From Nitrosopumilaceae archaeon (GTDB lineage: Archaea > Thermoproteota > Nitrososphaeria > Nitrososphaerales > Nitrosopumilaceae), in contig CBDBCR010000004.1 of assembly GCA_965203465.1 (NCBI GenBank), positions 1-64,000 on the forward strand: a DNA stretch of 64,000 bases. The letters run 5' to 3'. The first letter of the stretch is position 1; the number at the start of each line of letters is the position of its first letter. The notes beneath the pieces are model-generated. The model saw only the letters and a list, made by a program, of their open reading frames with translations, had not been told where the DNA came from and ran no database searches. Below are positions 20,188 to 29,839 of the stretch, piece after piece. Made by a program: the position numbers and the translations under genes.

Positions 20188-21189
20188 TCACCGGTCCCAG
20201 TCGAACCTGCGGCCCAGCATGGAGTAGAGGCGCTCGTTGTGGGGCCTGAAATAGCCGAGCAGCTTTTCGCGCGTGGCCTCCTTCATGGGCGCATAGTCGC
20301 CCTCGTTGAGGGACGCCGGCGCGCCCGCGCCGAACGGCTCGAGGCCCAGAAAAGAGTACACCCCGTCGAGCGCCGCCTGCCCGTCCCGCCTCATCTGATC
20401 GGCCTCGACTACCAGGATGTCCTTGGCGGCAAAATGCCCGAGCCACCGCTCCAGGTGCTCGGCGTACCTGCCCCCCTCGGCGTACCCGTAGTTGTAGCTG
20501 CGGTAGGCCTTGTGGCGCGGATCTGTCGCGCTGCGCTCCCTGTCCCAGGCCGTCCTCCGCCCTTCGTACTCTAGGGCGTCCTCGAACGTCATGCACTCGC
20601 GCCCGCGCCTGAGGCGCATGTGGTAGTGGGAGTAGGCCCTGTCCGCCGGGTTGCGCAGCGCCAGCACCAGCTTTGCGCGCGGGATCGCGCGCGCGGCCCT
20701 GGCCGGGGCGGCCGGGTGGGGAAAGTAGGAAGGGGTGGCCTCGCCGGTGATCTTTCTGGCGCCCGGCAGCGACTTTTCAAGGACGGTGGGGAAGTGCTGC
20801 CTGTACCAGAGGGCGCCGCGCTCGTGCATGCGGGGGTCGTCAAAGTAGTTGATCTCCTTGCGGACGGCGGGCAGCACGCGCGGGTGCCTGCATATCATCT
20901 CGTAGAGGGACGTGGTGCCCGACTTTGTGGCCCCTATCACGACAAAGTCCGGCAGGGCCCTCATGAACGAGGTGGCGGCCCTGAAGCGCTTTTTGGATCC
21001 GGCCACGGCCAGACGCGGGTGTCTCTGGAAGGGCCAAAAGTCGGCCTGTCCGGCCCGCCCCCCCTTGCCGCATACCGGACACGCATAGCCGATCACGCGG
21101 CAAGGCCGGGGGGCGTTATTTTTAATTTCTGTGGCGGGTTTAGCTTTCAGGCGCGGCCCGGATCCCGGCGGGACTGTATGCCGTGACAC
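20188..21189 (-). CDS. PAPS-dependent sulfotransferase
   Basis: LPDFVVIGATKSGTTSL (5'-PSB loop), KEINYFD, GEATPSY, LRNPADRAYSHY (3'-PB). The true start is probably downstream of 21189. Confidence 0.92.
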   Translation of the reverse strand: MSRHTVPPGSGPRLKAKPATEIKNNAPRPCRVIGYACPVCGKGGRAGQADFWPFQRHPRLAVAGSKKRFRAATSFMRALPDFVVIGATKSGTTSLYEMICRHPRVLPAVRKEINYFDDPRMHERGALWYRQHFPTVLEKSLPGARKITGEATPSYFPHPAAPARAARAIPRAKLVLALRNPADRAYSHYHMRLRRGRECMTFEDALEYEGRRTAWDRERSATDPRHKAYRSYNYGYAEGGRYAEHLERWLGHFAAKDILVVEADQMRRDGQAALDGVYSFLGLEPFGAGAPASLNEGDYAPMKEATREKLLGYFRPHNERLYSMLGRRFDWDR

Positions 21190-21318
21190 GCCGCTGTTTG
21201 GACGGTTGCCGGCCGGGGGCAGGCACGAAAGCTAAACCCCCGCCGGATCCGGGTATTTCGGGGGTATCCGGTCCGTGCCTGAGCGGGGGCCCCGCCCCGA
21301 GGGGTTTAGCTTTTGCGC

Positions 21319-21762
21319 CTAGAGCGCCTTTCTCATGTACAGCGCGACCCGGTCGCCCATCTCGGCGGTGTTCTGCAGGGCCTCCAAAAAGTCGCGCTGA
21401 TTGTGCCGCTCTTTGCTGTCCAGTACGGTATAGACGCCGGTCACGTGGCGGCCAAAGTCCTCCGAAAAGCGGCAGACGGCCCGTATGTCGTCGCAAAAGT
21501 TCCGTATGCGGTCGCGCATCTTTTCTTTCTGGGCCTCGGTGAGCTGCATGTAGCGGTAGTTTTGGCCGGTCCCGAGGGGGCACCTTGCCCCGATCACCAA
21601 TACGTCGGGCTGCTTTTTGGGGCCGAAGACTATCACGCGGCCGCCGGGCCCGCCCGCGTTGGTGACGGAGAATTCGAACGCCGTGTCCTTTTCGGTCTGG
21701 GATTTTTCCGTCTCGTAGCCCTCGTGGATCAGCCAGCGCTGGGCCGCGTCGCGCAAGTCCAC
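21319..21762 (-). CDS. Conserved archaeal protein, DUF2299-like
   Basis: 147 aa; WLIHEGY...VFGPKKQPDVLVIG...YMQLTEAQKEK pattern. Confidence 0.6.
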   Translation of the reverse strand: MDLRDAAQRWLIHEGYETEKSQTEKDTAFEFSVTNAGGPGGRVIVFGPKKQPDVLVIGARCPLGTGQNYRYMQLTEAQKEKMRDRIRNFCDDIRAVCRFSEDFGRHVTGVYTVLDSKERHNQRDFLEALQNTAEMGDRVALYMRKAL

Positions 21763-21798
21763 GCCCTCCTGCCCGGAAGGCTCAATATTTGCCCTTTG

Positions 21799-21820
21799 TT
21801 TCTGAATTCGAATTCAGAAA
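21799..21820. promoter_or_regulatory. 22-bp perfect palindrome, copy 2
   Basis: TTTCTGAATTCGAATTCAGAAA, about 40 bp upstream of the minus-strand start at 21762. Confidence 0.6.
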
Positions 21821-22554
21821 GGTTTGTCCATGCAGCACCTCTTGTACTTTTTGCCGGAACCGCAGGGGCAGGGGCCGCCCTTGGAGGGGTTTTTCCACCT
21901 GCGGGTTTCTTTGAACAGCTCCTGCGGATCTTTGGCTTCTGCCGCCTGCGGGTCCATCTGGCCCGAGTACATCTGCTCCAGGACGTCGATGCCGCTCACG
22001 TCGCTCGTTATGGTCCCGGTCAGAAGCAGGTTCTCGTAGTATTCGTACAGGTCGGGATCTATCAAGTCCAAGAGGCACTCGGCCAGCCACGTCCTGACCT
22101 CGAGGTCTTTCTCCTCTTTTACCGCCTCTTTGATCGCCGCGATCACAGCGGGCCTGCACTCGGGGTGGTCCAGGGCTATGCTGACCAGGGCGCGCCCGGC
22201 CGAGTGCCTAGGCCACATCTTGGCTTTGGTGTGGCGCACCAGGCCCGAGAGCGTCTCTACCGCCCCGGGCCCCGTGTGCGCCAGGACGCCGGGCAGATCT
22301 TGGTTGATCCAGTCGTCTTCGCTTTCGTCTTTGTGCACTTGCAGCAGGAACGAGTTTATGGCAAGCTGGGCCCGGTAGTGGCCCAGCAGGGCCAAGAGGT
22401 GGACGGCGCACCTGTTCCCTTCGCTGTCCGGGCCTTCGGTGGCCAGCCTGGCCAGCTCGGGGAACGCGGCGTCTCCCATACCTGTTATCTTTTGCACCGT
22501 TTCGGCATCGGTAGCAAAGCCGGATTTTGAGAGCTCGCGGATCGGGTCTTCCAC
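21814..22554 (-). CDS. DUF1186-like helical protein with C-terminal SEC-C motif (paralog 1)
   Basis: HEAT-like helices and C-terminal PCPCGSGKKYKRCC. Confidence 0.85.
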   Translation of the reverse strand: MEDPIRELSKSGFATDAETVQKITGMGDAAFPELARLATEGPDSEGNRCAVHLLALLGHYRAQLAINSFLLQVHKDESEDDWINQDLPGVLAHTGPGAVETLSGLVRHTKAKMWPRHSAGRALVSIALDHPECRPAVIAAIKEAVKEEKDLEVRTWLAECLLDLIDPDLYEYYENLLLTGTITSDVSGIDVLEQMYSGQMDPQAAEAKDPQELFKETRRWKNPSKGGPCPCGSGKKYKRCCMDKPF

Positions 22555-22877
22555 CGGACGGGGGGCGGGCCGGAAGGGTGATTAGTGTTTGGGCGGTGCC
22601 GGGGCCGATCCGGAGCGCCGCGCGCATATCTGCGATCCGCCGTTTCCAGGCGGCCCTGTCCTGATCGGCGTCGCGGCGGCGGCGCTGGCCGGAGCGCGCG
22701 CCGATCCGCTGGCAGATATGCTGCGTCGCCAGAACCAGTCGACTGTCCTGCCTGCGCGGCGCAGGGAGGCGGCGGCCTCGCGCCGTCATCCGCAATGCCG
22801 CCCCCGGATCGTGCCGTCGAGCATCTCGTTTTGCCGGATCTTGAGTCGGGCCGAGCTCGCTCTTGGCGACCTCGCGG

Positions 22878-23612
22878 CTAATTCTTGCCCATGCAGCACC
22901 TTTTGTACTTTTTGCCGGAGCCGCAGGGGCAGGGGGCGCTCTTCGAGGGGTTTTTCCACCTGCGAGTCTCCTCGAACAGTTCCAGAGGGTCTTCCTGTTT
23001 CAAGTCGTGCGGGGGCAGCTCTCCGGCGTATATCTGCTCCAGGTTGTCCGCGCTGACGACGTCGCTCGTTATGGTTCCGGTGAGCAGCAGGTTTTCGTAG
23101 TATTCGTACAGGTCGGGATCCACCAAGTCCAGGAGGCACTCGGCCAGCCACGTCCTGGCCTCGGGGTCTTTTTCGCCCGCCACGGCCTCCTTGATCGCCT
23201 CGATCACGCCGGCTTTGTGCTCCGGGTGGTCAAGGGCCGTGCTGACCAGGGCGCGCCCGGCCGCGTGCCTCGCCCACGTGTCGGCTTTCGGGTGGCGCAC
23301 CAAGCCCGACAGCGCCTCTACGGCCCCGGGCCCCATGTGCGCCAGGACGCGGGGCAGGTGCTCGGTGACCCAGTCGTCATCGCCGTCTTTGTACACTTCG
23401 AGCAAGAACGAGTTTATGGCGAGCTGGGCCCGGTAGTGGCCCAGTACCGCCAGCAGGTGGACGGCCGACTTTGACCCCTCGCCGTCGGGGCCCTCGGTGG
23501 CCAGCCGGGCCAGATCCGGGAACGCGGAGTCTCCCATCTCTGTTATCTTTTCCACGGTTCCGGCGTCGGTTTCAAAGCCGGACTCTGCGAGCTCTCGGAT
23601 CGGGTCTTGCAC
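22878..23612 (-). CDS. DUF1186-like helical protein with C-terminal SEC-C motif (paralog 2)
   Basis: Collinear paralog of 21814-22554, including the shared upstream GGGTGATTAGTGTTTGGGCGG. GTG start at 23612. Confidence 0.85.
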   Translation of the reverse strand: MQDPIRELAESGFETDAGTVEKITEMGDSAFPDLARLATEGPDGEGSKSAVHLLAVLGHYRAQLAINSFLLEVYKDGDDDWVTEHLPRVLAHMGPGAVEALSGLVRHPKADTWARHAAGRALVSTALDHPEHKAGVIEAIKEAVAGEKDPEARTWLAECLLDLVDPDLYEYYENLLLTGTITSDVVSADNLEQIYAGELPPHDLKQEDPLELFEETRRWKNPSKSAPCPCGSGKKYKRCCMGKN

Positions 23613-23694
23613 AGGACTGGGGCGGGCCGGAGGGGTGATTAGTGTTTGGGCGGGATCTTGTAGGTTTAATGGGCAGGGCCCCGCGTGAGCCCCG

Positions 23695-24609
23695 TTGGAC
23701 GTGGACGAGGCCGCCGCGATCGCGGCGGTGGGCGAGGAGAAACTGCGCAAGTGCGGCGGGGCGTGGGGCGGAGGCCCCGCGATGGCCCCGTGGCTGCAGG
23801 ACGGCGGGCTGGCGGCCCTGGTTCCGGGAGGCAGAAAGTGGATGAACGTGTTCGTCTGCTTTGGCAAAGGCGCGCCGGAGGTCTGGTGCGACTGCAGGCA
23901 GGCGGGGCCGTACTGCTCCCACTCTGCAGTGCTGATCGCCTATGCGGCCGCCAACTCCGGCTGTCTGAAGGCGGTGCGCGCCGCAGAAGACGAGGGGATA
24001 CGCGAGGCGGCAAAAGCCGCGGAACCGCGGGACCGGAAGGCCCTGGCCGCGGCGGCCTCGGGCGAGGATCCCGCCGACCGGATGGGCCTGCACCTGCTGA
24101 AGCTGCCGCCGCGTGGCCTTCCCCCGCGCGGCATCGACTACGGGCGCGTGCTGGACATGGCGTACGTCAACATGTCGTCGGACTGCTTTCTGGAAGAGTT
24201 TGCCGACGTGGACTTTGGCGTGGCCGAGCGCGTGGCGGGCAGGTTCGCCGCCTCTGGGTACCTGCCGGAGGCGGCGCGGATATACTGCGTCGTGGCAGAG
24301 ACCATAGCGAAGAACGTCGCCATCACGGACGACTCCAACGCGCACTATTCCTACTCGCTAAAGACGGCGCTCGAGAAACTGCAGGGGTGCATGGTGAGCA
24401 GGGCGGGGAGGCCGAGGAAAAAGATGCCCGACGGCGAGCGCAAGAGGTGCATTTCCTGGCTGGCGCGGCGCGCGGCACTAGACGATCCGGACTTTTTCAC
24501 CGATGACTTTGAGGCGGCGCTCGATTCGGTGTGCGCCGCGCCGGGGGACGGGGAGTGGCGCGAGGAGCAAGAGAGGCTGCACTCCGAGCAGTCCGCCGCC
24601 CGGAGATAG
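23695..24609 (+). CDS. SWIM zinc-finger domain protein (paralog 1)
   Basis: CDCRQAGPYCSH (CxC-xn-CxH) followed by a helical domain with DDSNAHY. Confidence 0.8.
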   Translation: MDVDEAAAIAAVGEEKLRKCGGAWGGGPAMAPWLQDGGLAALVPGGRKWMNVFVCFGKGAPEVWCDCRQAGPYCSHSAVLIAYAAANSGCLKAVRAAEDEGIREAAKAAEPRDRKALAAAASGEDPADRMGLHLLKLPPRGLPPRGIDYGRVLDMAYVNMSSDCFLEEFADVDFGVAERVAGRFAASGYLPEAARIYCVVAETIAKNVAITDDSNAHYSYSLKTALEKLQGCMVSRAGRPRKKMPDGERKRCISWLARRAALDDPDFFTDDFEAALDSVCAAPGDGEWREEQERLHSEQSAARR

Positions 24610-24943
24610 TTTCGGGCCAGGCGCAGCCTCCTTTCGTAAACCGGGCCGTGATCGCACAGGTGCGAAATCTGCGGCGTGGGGGTCTTTTGAGCCGTTTGAT
24701 CGATTCTTCCGCGGTCTTTAACGTCGCGGCTTCCGTCGCCATTCCTATACGAGCGCACGGCTTCTCCCCGTCGGCCAGGGGGGCTCAACCGCGCTCTTTT
24801 CTTCGGTTGCCTCCGAACGGCTTTGCCCCGTGCAGCCGTGCCGTCCGGCAATTCGCGGACGCTTTGGGCGGCCCGGGCAGATTGCGTCGCCGGATCGCGC
24901 ACGGCCTATACTTAAAACGACGAGGACGAACCCGCAGAATACG

Positions 24944-26521
24944 ATGAATCGACTCGCGGGCCCCATGATCGCAGAGCATCTGCGCGAACAAAACCCGTGG
25001 TGGCTGGACGGGGCATGGGACGAGAAAGACGCGGAGCTGGGGGCGTGGCGCTCCTCGCCGCTGAGGTGCGATCCCCGGCTGCGCCGCGAGATAGAATACC
25101 ACTCGGAGCCGTCCAACACGACGGTCTATTCGGTGCGCGGCCCGCTCGGGGCGGGGAAGACCACCATGATAAAGATGCAGATCCGCGACCTGATTGCCGG
25201 CGGCGCCTGCCCGTGGAACGTGGCGTATTGCTCGTTCGATCTAGGCGGCGAGCCGGCCGACGTGGCCGAGGCGGTCAAGGCGTACCTTGAGCTGAGCCGC
25301 CGGCGCCGTGACGGGCGGCGCTCCTTCCTGTTCCTGGACGAGCTGTCGAACGTGCTGCATTGGCAAAAGGGGGTGAAATGGCTGGTGGACGCCGGCCTCT
25401 TGCGCGACTTCATGCCTCGGCCATCTCCTTGAGCCTGACGCAAGGTGAAATGGCTGGTGGACGCCGGCCTCTTGCGCGACTTTACGGTGGTGACCGCCGG
25501 TTCGACGTCTGCGGACATCAGGAAAGCGACAGAGCTGATGCCCGGCCGGAGGGGGAGGGTGGCGGGCGGCCACGACAGGATTCTGTTCCCGATGGGGTTC
25601 GGGGATTTTGCCTGCATGATGGACGGAGACGTGCGGGCGATACTGGAGGGCGGCCGGGGCGGGGACCGGCTCTTGGCCGGCCTGCTGGGGGGCGAGATAG
25701 GCGAGGCCGTCGACCGGCTGTCGGCGCACCGCCCCGAGCTGGACAGGCTGCTGGCAGAGTACGCGGTAACCGGGGGCTTGCCTGCCGTCGTGAACGCAAA
25801 GGCGGCGTCCGGCCGCATTCCGGACGGCGCGTACGCGGACTGTGTGGGCAGAATCGCCGAGCAGTGGAGGCAAGCGTCGGGGAGCGAGGCGCCGCTGGGG
25901 CGGCTCGCCGGCGCCGTGGCCGAAAGCGCGGGCCGCCCGTTCTCCTGGAGCCAACTCGCCAAGGACGCCTCTTTGGGGGGTGCGGGGGCCGCAGCAGAGT
26001 GCGTGCAGACGCTGCAAGACATGTTCGTCCTGCACGTGCTGCACGGGTACGACGCTGCGGGAATGCCCGATGCGGACGGCAGGAAAAAGGCGTACTTTGG
26101 CGATCCGTTCGTGCGCCATGCATTCGGCGCGCCCCGGGAGGGCGGGGGCTTTGGCGCGTCGCTGCGGCGCGCCGGCGGCGAGCCGGGAATGGGCAGCATA
26201 GTGGAGGGCGCCGTCTGCGACTGCCTGGTCCGGCTCGCGCTCCGGTCCGGCTGCAACTTCCTGCAGGATTATTCGGACAGCCTCTTTTACTGGCAGGACG
26301 GCGAGGGCCGGGAGCTGGATTTCGTGCTGCGCACCCCCGAATACATGGCGCCCGTCGATGTGCGGTTCCGGCAGACACTGGGCGGGCGGGATCTGGCCCC
26401 CGTCGCCCGGTTCTTGGACGAGGCCCATGCCGAAAAGGGCATCGTCGTCTCAAAGTCCGCGCTGGAGGAAAAGGCAGACTACGCGGTGGTGCCCGCGTGC
26501 ATCTTTCTGCTAGGCGCCTGA
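24944..26521 (+). pseudogene. AAA+ ATPase with DUF4143-like C-terminus, interrupted by a 72-bp duplication/insertion carrying a stop codon
   Basis: EQNPWW, GPLGAGKTT, FLDELS, then TAGS, TGGLP, KKAYFGDP, RELDFV. Both halves are in the same frame; TGA at 25430-25432 lies in the insert. Confidence 0.85.
25372..25482. repeat. Orphan 39-bp direct duplication flanking a 33-bp insert (72-bp period); candidate off-target spacer integration
   Basis: GGTGAAATGGCTGGTGGACGCCGGCCTCTTGCGCGACTT is identical at 25372-25410 and 25444-25482. Insert: CATGCCTCGGCCATCTCCTTGAGCCTGACGCAA. Confidence 0.9.
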
Positions 26522-26570
26522 CGCGCGGCCCCCTGGTCGGTTCAATGGGCGCCGGGGCCGGAGCGCGCCG

Positions 26571-27475
26571 CTGGATCTGGACTGGGATACGGCGGCCGCC
26601 GCGGTGGGCCGAAAAGCTGCGCGAGTGCGGCGGGGGCGTGGGGCGGCGGCCCGGTGATGGCGCCGTGGCTGCAGGAAGGCGGTCTGGAGGCGCTGGTTCC
26701 GGGCGGCGGGGACTGGATGACCGTGGCCGTCTCCGTCAAAAATGGCGTGCCGGAGGCGCGGTGCGACTGCGGGCAGGCGGGGCCGTACTGCTCCCACTCG
26801 ATAGTGGTCATGGCTTACGCGGCCGCCAACGCGGACTATCTGAGGGCGGTGCGCGCCGCAGAAGACGAGGGGATAAGGGAGGCGGCCAAAATCGCCGAGC
26901 CAGAGTACAGAGAGGCGCTGGCCGATGCGGCCCTGGGCGAGGATCCGGCGGACCGGTCGGGGCTGCGCCACATGCAGCTGACGACGCGGTGCCTCCCCCC
27001 GCGCGGCATCGACTACGGGCGCTCGCTCGACATGGGCTACGTCGGCCTGTCGGCGGGCTGCTTTCTGGAAGAGTCTGTCGACATCGACTTTGACACGGTG
27101 GGGCAGATCGCCAGGCGGTTCGCGGCCTCGGGGGACCTGGCAGAGGCGGCGCGGATATACTGCGTCGTGGCAGAGACCATAGCGAAGAACGTCGCCATTA
27201 CGGACGACTCCAACGCGCACTATTCGACGTCGCTCAAGACGGCGCTCGAGGACTTGGGCAGGTGCATGGTGGGCCGGGCGGGGCGGCCCAGGAAAAAGAT
27301 GCCCGCCGGCGAGCGCAAAAAGCGCATCTCTTGGCTGGTGCGGCGCGTGGCACTCGACGATCCGGACTTTTTCACCGAGGACTTTGAGGCGGCGCTCGAT
27401 TCGGTGTGCGTCGCGCCGGGGGACAGGGAGTGGAGGAGGGAACAGGAGAGGCTGCGCTCTGGATCGACTTTATGA
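26571..27475 (+). pseudogene. SWIM zinc-finger protein (paralog 2); 5' end frameshifted relative to paralog 1, ORF intact from 26654
   Basis: CDCGQAGPYCSH. The AVG / EKLREC / AWGGGP segments at about 26600-26655 fall in different frames. Could be sequencing error or use of a downstream start. Confidence 0.6.
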
Positions 27476-27552
27476 GGACGGCTTGGACTCCACGATCCAA
27501 ACACAACAGGCATCTTTAGAGTCAATGAGTAAACTCACAAGCTGGTGTTTTC

Positions 27553-27632
27553 TAGAGTCCATGCGTAAACGCGCCGGTTGGGGTTTTCTAGGCACGGATC
27601 TGCGAGATTTGGGAGATTACGCATAACCTCTT
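27553..27632. mobile_element. 80-bp MITE-like element, copy 1
   Basis: TAGAGTCCATGCGTAA...TTACGCATAACCTCTT; imperfect 16-bp terminal inverted repeats; nearly identical to 34217-34296. Confidence 0.8.
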
Positions 27633-27729
27633 ATGCACAATTCTGCGAATTCTGGGCGATTGCGCGTGACCTCGCGGTATTCTGCACTCACTGCACCAAT
27701 GGGCTCGGTGGCGCACAAGTGATCGAAAC

Positions 27730-29829
27730 TCATGATTTTGTAGTGCCTGCTGGAACAAACAACCCCAATCCGAAGTGCTTTCCGTATCCTAGCGCCAACG
27801 GACCTGTGAACGGCTCTTTGAAATTTATCTCTAGAGAACGCCCGATGCTGGTTATGGGGCCTTTGCCGTTGCGCATTGTTTTGAATCGCCGGGTTGGCGT
27901 TTTTATGTTCCTGTGTGATACAACTACCAATTCTGAGTCGACGCGTACGCTTTCGACATCTCTTGACATCTCTTTCTCTATTTGGTCTTTGATTCCAGTT
28001 TTCTTTTTCATGTGCCACGGGGTGTAATACGGCGTTACCGACTTCCATTTTTGCGATCTTGCAAACAGGCTGCACTTCTGACCAAGTTCGACCATCCCGT
28101 CGAATCTATTGAAATGCATACGCATTCTCATACTGTTGTCGAACATGTCTGTGATCCCGCTTAGGGCCTGCATTTCTACACGCCCAAACCCGTATCTGGC
28201 GTACACCGCAACGTGGTCGATAAACCCGTCTGCATCTGCATCGTACGGCAACCACAACGCGTGACTGTGGTTGAGTGGCTCGCTGCTGTGGCCAGATATG
28301 GTGGCCGGTATGTTGGATCTCCCGAACAGCCGCTGAAACTTCGACATTGCGGCACGCCTCATAAGATCTGCCACATCCACAGTCTTCTCAATCGGGGGGC
28401 GATCTCCGAGCAGCGTAAAATATGCCGCTTTGGGCATTTCTCTCGGTGCAAACAAACCGAAACCGGCCTTCTTGTTATTCCCTATGGCGAACGCCCCCTT
28501 TCTGGCCGCCTTGAATTCTATCTCCAAGTGGGCGGTTCTGCCTGTTGCCCTGGGCAGGCCGTTCCAATAAGGCTCTTTTCTAGAATCCACAAACGCCACA
28601 TCGCCTGTTATGCCGTCCTTGCCCAGTGCAGCTATCGCGGCTTCGGCAACATCCGAGCGCAACTCCCGGTGAGCCCTGACGCGCAAGGCCTTGTCTGCCG
28701 CCGTCTTGTCTTTAGCAACGTTTTGTTCCTTGCCGACGTTCAGATCTACCGGCATTACCGAACACCACCGTCTGGACCATCCTTTGTACATCTTTTGCAC
28801 TGGATCGTTGGAATCTTCGAGGCGTATCTGGTACTCGACATCTCCTATCTTTACAAATTGGCCCGATACGTGGGAGAGAAACCTGTCCCTGACGCCTTCG
28901 TCAGTCTTGTGAGAGATCAGAAAAGCTATGCGCCGCACGATGCCGTCTGAATGTTGGCCCAATGTGGGCATGACGACCGCGTCTGCATGCAGCATGCTGT
29001 TTCCGTCGTACTCGTTTTTCATCCTGTAAAGCTGCTCGACTGCCAGGGGAATCTGGCTGCTGGTCAAGGCCCCTCTGTTTCCAGCAGCATCGAAAATCCT
29101 AAACACGTAGATGTCGGGAGATGGCGTGTGGGTTCTGTACCTCTGAGTGTGATATTTTCTGATCGGGGACGGCTTGTAAAAACTGTCTCCTGACACCCTG
29201 CTTTCAAACTCGCCATGGTGCCTTCTGGCGTCTTCTAGAAGGCCCTCGGCAGGGACTTCGATTCTTTCGCTCCCCTGCTCGTCTATCACGTAGCACTGCC
29301 CGTCGGCTGCGTGTGGGGATTCACGCACGCTGCCGTGCACTGCAACGGGGTCTATTCCCCATCCGAGGACCGGGATCTCTTTCGCGAGCTCGCACAGAGT
29401 TTCAATGCTATCTGGCTCCTCGTGTGGAATCTCCCAAACATACGTTGCCGTCTCTGTTATGTAGGGCTTCATTGTCTTGCCGGTGGTCATAGTTTTTTCA
29501 TCCTTGGGCTCCTTGCCTTCTGCGTACGCCTTGCTGATCACGTCGCCGTCGTTGTTGGGCACGAATATGGTGTATTCGCACCCCTTGCAACGGTGTGCGT
29601 AGATCTTGGGGGGCCCAAATTTCTCGAAAAATTTCAGAGCTTTGTCGCCCCTGTGGAACTCGACCCTTCCAGAGTTCTGGTGCAGCGCCGCGACGAACGC
29701 CAAGAAAAGCCTCCTGGGCGACGGCGGCCATTCCTTCCCGTGGTACCGTCCGAGCAGAAATCTGACTTGGAATGCGAGATATCTTGGTTTCTTAGCCATT
29801 TGCAGCTCTTGCGACATCGATTCCACCAC
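27730..29829 (-). CDS. csb2: Type I-G Csb2 (Cas5-Cas6 fusion), long form, module A
   Basis: EWPPSPRRLFLA N-terminus. Two G-rich loops: AIGNNKKAGFGLF and ALGYGKHFGLGLF. Confidence 0.88.
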   Translation of the reverse strand: MVESMSQELQMAKKPRYLAFQVRFLLGRYHGKEWPPSPRRLFLAFVAALHQNSGRVEFHRGDKALKFFEKFGPPKIYAHRCKGCEYTIFVPNNDGDVISKAYAEGKEPKDEKTMTTGKTMKPYITETATYVWEIPHEEPDSIETLCELAKEIPVLGWGIDPVAVHGSVRESPHAADGQCYVIDEQGSERIEVPAEGLLEDARRHHGEFESRVSGDSFYKPSPIRKYHTQRYRTHTPSPDIYVFRIFDAAGNRGALTSSQIPLAVEQLYRMKNEYDGNSMLHADAVVMPTLGQHSDGIVRRIAFLISHKTDEGVRDRFLSHVSGQFVKIGDVEYQIRLEDSNDPVQKMYKGWSRRWCSVMPVDLNVGKEQNVAKDKTAADKALRVRAHRELRSDVAEAAIAALGKDGITGDVAFVDSRKEPYWNGLPRATGRTAHLEIEFKAARKGAFAIGNNKKAGFGLFAPREMPKAAYFTLLGDRPPIEKTVDVADLMRRAAMSKFQRLFGRSNIPATISGHSSEPLNHSHALWLPYDADADGFIDHVAVYARYGFGRVEMQALSGITDMFDNSMRMRMHFNRFDGMVELGQKCSLFARSQKWKSVTPYYTPWHMKKKTGIKDQIEKEMSRDVESVRVDSELVVVSHRNIKTPTRRFKTMRNGKGPITSIGRSLEINFKEPFTGPLALGYGKHFGLGLFVPAGTTKS

Positions 29830-29839
29830 ACTCAGACAA

